Below are positions 59,928-64,000 of a stretch of DNA of 64,000 nucleotides, one piece after another (within the stretch, counting starts at the first letter, position 1; every line of letters starts with the position of its first letter). The position numbers and the translations under genes were made by a program. The DNA is from Caecitellus pseudoparvulus. Its lineage: Eukaryota; Protista; Bigyra: Bicosoecida. The notes beneath the pieces were generated by a model, which did no database searches, was not told the DNA's origin, and worked only from the letters and a program-made list of their open reading frames with translations. The DNA lies in the NCBI GenBank assembly GCA_965644315.1, contig CBFFRQ010000013.1:919775-983774 (forward strand), written 5' to 3'.

Positions 59928-62850
59928 CTACTCAATGCATTGCAGATTGCCTCCATGCAGGCTACATCATGGTACAGCTTGGGCTTGGACATGTGGTGCC
60001 ACCTGCGCCACAACAGAATGCAGTGACACAGACACCACGACGGCACCGCTTGCACGGCTTTGCGACTAGCACAGACTCGTGTCCGTTGTATAAGTCGCCG
60101 TCTGTCTTGGCGCTTCAGCGCCCGCCCCGGTGGGATGGTCTTGAGGTGTAGGTCCAGGTCTCGGTCCACTCTTGTCTTGTCCGTCCAGTCCAGTCTCGTC
60201 CGTCTCGGTCCGATGTCCAGGGGTGGAGACCCGACTTGCTTGGCTTGGGTGGCGGTGTGGGCTGGAGGATATGGACTCGACACGGACTGGGTGTTGCTGA
60301 GATGCAAGCACACGACCCAGCCCGGCTGTCCCTTCGGCTCAGGTTTGGGGGCGGCCTCACAGATCTTGCTGCAAGTGCCTTCCCCTTCCACTGAGCCGAG
60401 TCCTGATGTGTTGGTATCGATGTTGGGTTGGTGATGGTGAGGTTGGGTTGGACTTTCCAATGTCCGATGTCAGCTATGTGCGTCGGTCGCGACACAAAGC
60501 TTCAGTCATGTGTGGCACAGGGAGTATGCCCCCACAGGTGACTTACATCAGGCGTCCACCCATCTGCCCGATCGAGATGTGGGGCACATCCTTGACCTTG
60601 GGCAGGCGACCCTCGCCGTCTTCAGGCACCAGCCGCTTGAGGGGGTCCTTGACCTCAGCCTCCAGGGTGGCGGCCTGCTGTCGGGTCATCCGCCCATGAG
60701 GCATGGCCACCCTTGTGCCCTTGCCAGCGATGAGGGTCTGGGGGTGCACGGTGCCGTCGGTGGCCTTGTGAGGCAGGGGGGGGAAGTCATCTCGGAGAGA
60801 CTGGAGTGCCCCTCGAAGCCTGTCCCGGAAGGGTGCTGGACTGCCCGCCTCGGGTGTGGTCCAGATCCGGTACAAGACGTTGATGCCTTCGGCTGCCAGC
60901 CGGGTCATGCACTTGTGCAGGGGCAGCTCGTCATGGAGGTCAGGGATGTCGGGGTTCCACAGCACCAGCTTGCCTCGATCATGGTCGACGAGGATGAGCT
61001 GCAGATGGGCCGTGTTGTCGGTCCACACCTCTCGAAGTGCGAAGGCATACAGCACTCCGTCGAGGTGCCCCTCTTGGTCACCCTCTTCATCAACCTGGCT
61101 GGGGTCGACGCCGGCCTGGCCAAGGTCATCATGCCCGGCTGGGGCACGGTACCCTTGGTTGATGCGGTCGATGAGCAGGTGCAGGCCGGGAAGCAGGACT
61201 GGTGGTGTACCTGGGGCCAGGAAGGTGTCATCCGGCGAGTGCTGGTGCAGCATGTTGCGGAAGACGGCCACCCGTTGCCCGTCTGAGCGGAAGGGGGAGG
61301 GTGGCTTCTGGCCGACGTCCATGATGTCCGAGCTGGACGAGTCACTGACCACCCCCTCCAGCTGCCTGACCATGTGCTTGAAGGCAAGCTGGGCAGCGTT
61401 GATGGTGGCTGCATGCTGGAGTAGGAGGAGGTCCCCAGCCTCGAAGACCCTCTCCCCTGCTGCCGTCTCGAGACAGGCCTGGACACAGGCCCGCCCCCCC
61501 ACGTTAGAGTACACGTGGGTCGATGACAGCAGGTCGGCCAGAGGGCCAGGCTTGATGGGGTACTCGGCCAGGTGCTCGGGTGTCCGCACACTGTCATGAA
61601 GAGGCACCACCCTTGTGATCACCTCCCATGCTGCTGCTGCAGACGGCCGATACCGGTGCACCTCGGGGCTTGCCTCGCCCGACGGGGTGGGGGACGGCCA
61701 CTTGCGGTCGACGCCCCGCTGCACCCTTGATGAAGGCAACATGGCATGCACCACAGGGGTGGTGACGGTATCTTTGGGTGAGCCTTGGGTGGCAGGTGGT
61801 GAGGTTGGTCGAGGTGCAGGTGGCCGGACGTTCTTGATGAAGACGTCCTCGAAGGTGAGGGATCGTCCGGCTGACTTGCCCTTTCCTCGCTTGCCTCGAC
61901 GGGTCTTCTTCTTCTTCGGTGCCTTGTCGAGCTGAGTGTCAGTCCAGGTCGATGGTGTCTTGGTGTCGACAGGTGCATCACCCTCGGAGGGGACGGATTG
62001 TCTGACACTGGGACGGACGGCTTGGGCTGGCACGGGGCCATGGTCGAAGTGGGACCTAACGAGGCACATGACCTTGGCAACATCACCTGACTGGCAGGCG
62101 ATTTCGGTTGCTTCCTTGGTCACTTGGTGGGCCACTTGGATGGCGGTGGGGTGGGCCTTCACCTTCACTTTCGCCTTCGCCGATGCGAACTGCTTGGTGT
62201 TGGTGTAGGCCACGGCGACGAACCCACCTTGGCCGACTCGAATGGCGAAGTCGTCCTCTTGAGCAGCAAGAATGCGAAGTTGACGTGCCACTGTTGGTGA
62301 ATCACCCTCACTTCCGAGCGTGACGAGGATGGTTGGCGATCCGGTGGGTCCCTGGCGCAGGGCCGCATTGGCGTTGCCGAATTCCGCACTCAGCCCTGGG
62401 ATCAGCCGTTCGGCGGCTTCCCCATAGACCTCGAGCCACATGTCCCGTGCCGAAGATGAACTATCATGATCAGTCTTGGGCAGGGGTCCTCCAAGCTCGA
62501 AGGTGCGTGCGGCACCCCGACGTGGCATGTCAGTGAAGACACCTGTTCTGGGGCCGAGCACTTGCTTGCGCTTCAGGCACCCCTCCACGAAGAGGACCCC
62601 CAGGACTTGATCCACTTGGGCGTTCATGATGCTTGTCAATGATGCTTTTGATGTCGATCCCAGGTGCATGCCCCGACCGAGGGCGCAAACTGGGAGCCAC
62701 GGTGCGATGGTGTGCGGAATTCGCACTACCCCGCCCCGGTGCGCACCACCCAACCAGCAAGCACTGTGCAACACCACACTTGGGTGCACGAGCGCCTGGA
62801 TTAGGCAATGTTAGCACTTCACAACTTGTGATTAGCTTGACATTTGGAAA
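59928..62850 (-). mobile_element. 2.9-kb RT-less element embedded between telomeric repeats; putative non-autonomous telomeric retroelement
   Basis: TTAGGG on both sides; one long intronless ORF; 3' terminal motif and 5' leader motif shared with the upstream retrotransposon. Confidence 0.65.
60543..62669 (-). CDS. Hypothetical ~700-aa protein, possible ORF1/gag-like
   Basis: Long ORF (first ATG 62669) with an RNP1-like GGFVAVAY, a basic KKKKTRRGKRGKGK stretch and a Pro/Thr/Ser linker. No RT or endonuclease motifs. Confidence 0.65.
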   Translation of the reverse strand: MHLGSTSKASLTSIMNAQVDQVLGVLFVEGCLKRKQVLGPRTGVFTDMPRRGAARTFELGGPLPKTDHDSSSSARDMWLEVYGEAAERLIPGLSAEFGNANAALRQGPTGSPTILVTLGSEGDSPTVARQLRILAAQEDDFAIRVGQGGFVAVAYTNTKQFASAKAKVKVKAHPTAIQVAHQVTKEATEIACQSGDVAKVMCLVRSHFDHGPVPAQAVRPSVRQSVPSEGDAPVDTKTPSTWTDTQLDKAPKKKKTRRGKRGKGKSAGRSLTFEDVFIKNVRPPAPRPTSPPATQGSPKDTVTTPVVHAMLPSSRVQRGVDRKWPSPTPSGEASPEVHRYRPSAAAAWEVITRVVPLHDSVRTPEHLAEYPIKPGPLADLLSSTHVYSNVGGRACVQACLETAAGERVFEAGDLLLLQHAATINAAQLAFKHMVRQLEGVVSDSSSSDIMDVGQKPPSPFRSDGQRVAVFRNMLHQHSPDDTFLAPGTPPVLLPGLHLLIDRINQGYRAPAGHDDLGQAGVDPSQVDEEGDQEGHLDGVLYAFALREVWTDNTAHLQLILVDHDRGKLVLWNPDIPDLHDELPLHKCMTRLAAEGINVLYRIWTTPEAGSPAPFRDRLRGALQSLRDDFPPLPHKATDGTVHPQTLIAGKGTRVAMPHGRMTRQQAATLEAEVKDPLKRLVPEDGEGRLPKVKDVPHISIGQMGGRLM

Positions 62851-64000
62851 GTTAGGGTTAGGGTTAGGGTTAGGGTTAGGGTTAGGGTTAGGGTTAGGGT
62901 TAGGGTTAGGGTTAGGGTTAGGGTTAGGGTTAGGGTTAGGGTTAGGGTTAGGGTTAGGGTTAGGGTTAGGGTTAGGGTTAGGGTTAGGGTTAGGGTTAGG
63001 GTTAGGGTTAGGGTTAGGGTTAGGGTTAGGGTTAGGGTTAGGGTTAGGGTTAGGGTTAGGGTTAGGGTTAGGGTTAGGGTTAGGGTTAGGGTTAGGGTTA
63101 GGGTTAGGGTTAGGGTTAGGGTTAGGGTTAGGGTTAGGGTTAGGGTTAGGGTTAGGGTTAGGGTTAGGGTTAGGGTTAGGGTTAGGGTTAGGGTTAGGGT
63201 TAGGGTTAGGGTTAGGGTTAGGGTTAGGGTTAGGGTTAGGGTTAGGGTTAGGGTTAGGGTTAGGGTTAGGGTTAGGGTTAGGGTTAGGGTTAGGGTTAGG
63301 GTTAGGGTTAGGGTTAGGGTTAGGGTTAGGGTTAGGGTTAGGGTTAGGGTTAGGGTTAGGGTTAGGGTTAGGGTTAGGGTTAGGGTTAGGGTTAGGGTTA
63401 GGGTTAGGGTTAGGGTTAGGGTTAGGGTTAGGGTTAGGGTTAGGGTTAGGGTTAGGGTTAGGGTTAGGGTTAGGGTTAGGGTTAGGGTTAGGGTTAGGGT
63501 TAGGGTTAGGGTTAGGGTTAGGGTTAGGGTTAGGGTTAGGGTTAGGGTTAGGGTTAGGGTTAGGGTTAGGGTTAGGGTTAGGGTTAGGGTTAGGGTTAGG
63601 GTTAGGGTTAGGGTTAGGGTTAGGGTTAGGGTTAGGGTTAGGGTTAGGGTTAGGGTTAGGGTTAGGGTTAGGGTTAGGGTTAGGGTTAGGGTTAGGGTTA
63701 GGGTTAGGGTTAGGGTTAGGGTTAGGGTTAGGGTTAGGGTTAGGGTTAGGGTTAGGGTTAGGGTTAGGGTTAGGGTTAGGGTTAGGGTTAGGGTTAGGGT
63801 TAGGGTTAGGGTTAGGGTTAGGGTTAGGGTTAGGGTTAGGGTTAGGGTTAGGGTTAGGGTTAGGGTTAGGGTTAGGGTTAGGGTTAGGGTTAGGGTTAGG
63901 GTTAGGGTTAGGGTTAGGGTTAGGGTTAGGGTTAGGGTTAGGGTTAGGGTTAGGGTTAGGGTTAGGGTTAGGGTTAGGGTTAGGGTTAGGGTTAGGGTTA
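62851..64000 (+). repeat. Terminal telomere (TTAGGG)n
   Basis: Uninterrupted TTAGGG array to the end of the window, G-rich strand pointing to the end. Confidence 0.99.

Noticed and set aside
59825-60460. ORFs 59825..60151, 59839..60069 and 59924..60460
   Set aside because: The first two are translations of telomeric repeats (LGLG, VRVR); the third lies in the presumed 3' UTR of element B with no recognisable motif.
62205-62260. DDFAIRVGQGGF as a GGDEF domain
   Set aside because: It lacks the acidic GGDEF residues and the upstream DxDxFK motif.
52959-62850. Penelope-like Athena/Terminon elements with hammerhead ribozymes
   Set aside because: The RT is LINE-type with an AP endonuclease, and I found no CTGANGA core on the sense strand of either 3' UTR.

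Overview
Right-hand chromosome end of a GC-rich, gene-dense, flagellated unicellular eukaryote. Evidence: short GT-AG introns, CFAP92- and CFAP77-like genes and a (TTAGGG)n telomere at 62851-64000. A heterotrophic stramenopile-like protist is an inference only. Bases 1-52.8 kb hold about 20 host genes: CFAP92-like, uridine kinase, GT90 and GT2 glycosyltransferases, alpha/beta hydrolase, organellar EF-P, ERG8-type phosphomevalonate kinase, two tandem SRCR receptors, NTPDase, RanGAP, an ACAD10/11-like kinase domain, ankyrin and PDZ proteins, an EF-hand-CFAP77 fusion, anoctamin, a 2.5k-aa EF-hand protein and an ankyrin plus 18x Sel1 protein. The last ~11 kb is a layered terminal array, all on the minus strand with 5' ends toward the telomere: (1) a ~60-bp decayed 3'-end remnant; (2) a TTAGG(G) relic; (3) a pol-only APE-RT-CCHC non-LTR retrotransposon; (4) a 1.5-kb AT-rich virophage/Polinton-like virus fragment cut mid-gene; (5) ~10 TTAGGG repeats; (6) a 2.9-kb RT-less single-ORF element; (7) the telomere. 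The two GC-rich elements share a 13-nt 3'-terminal motif abutting telomeric repeats and a 10-12-nt 5'-leader motif. This suggests a two-component, telomere-targeted retroelement system that here is physically joined to a DNA-virus relic. All protein identifications are from recalled motifs; no database searches were run.
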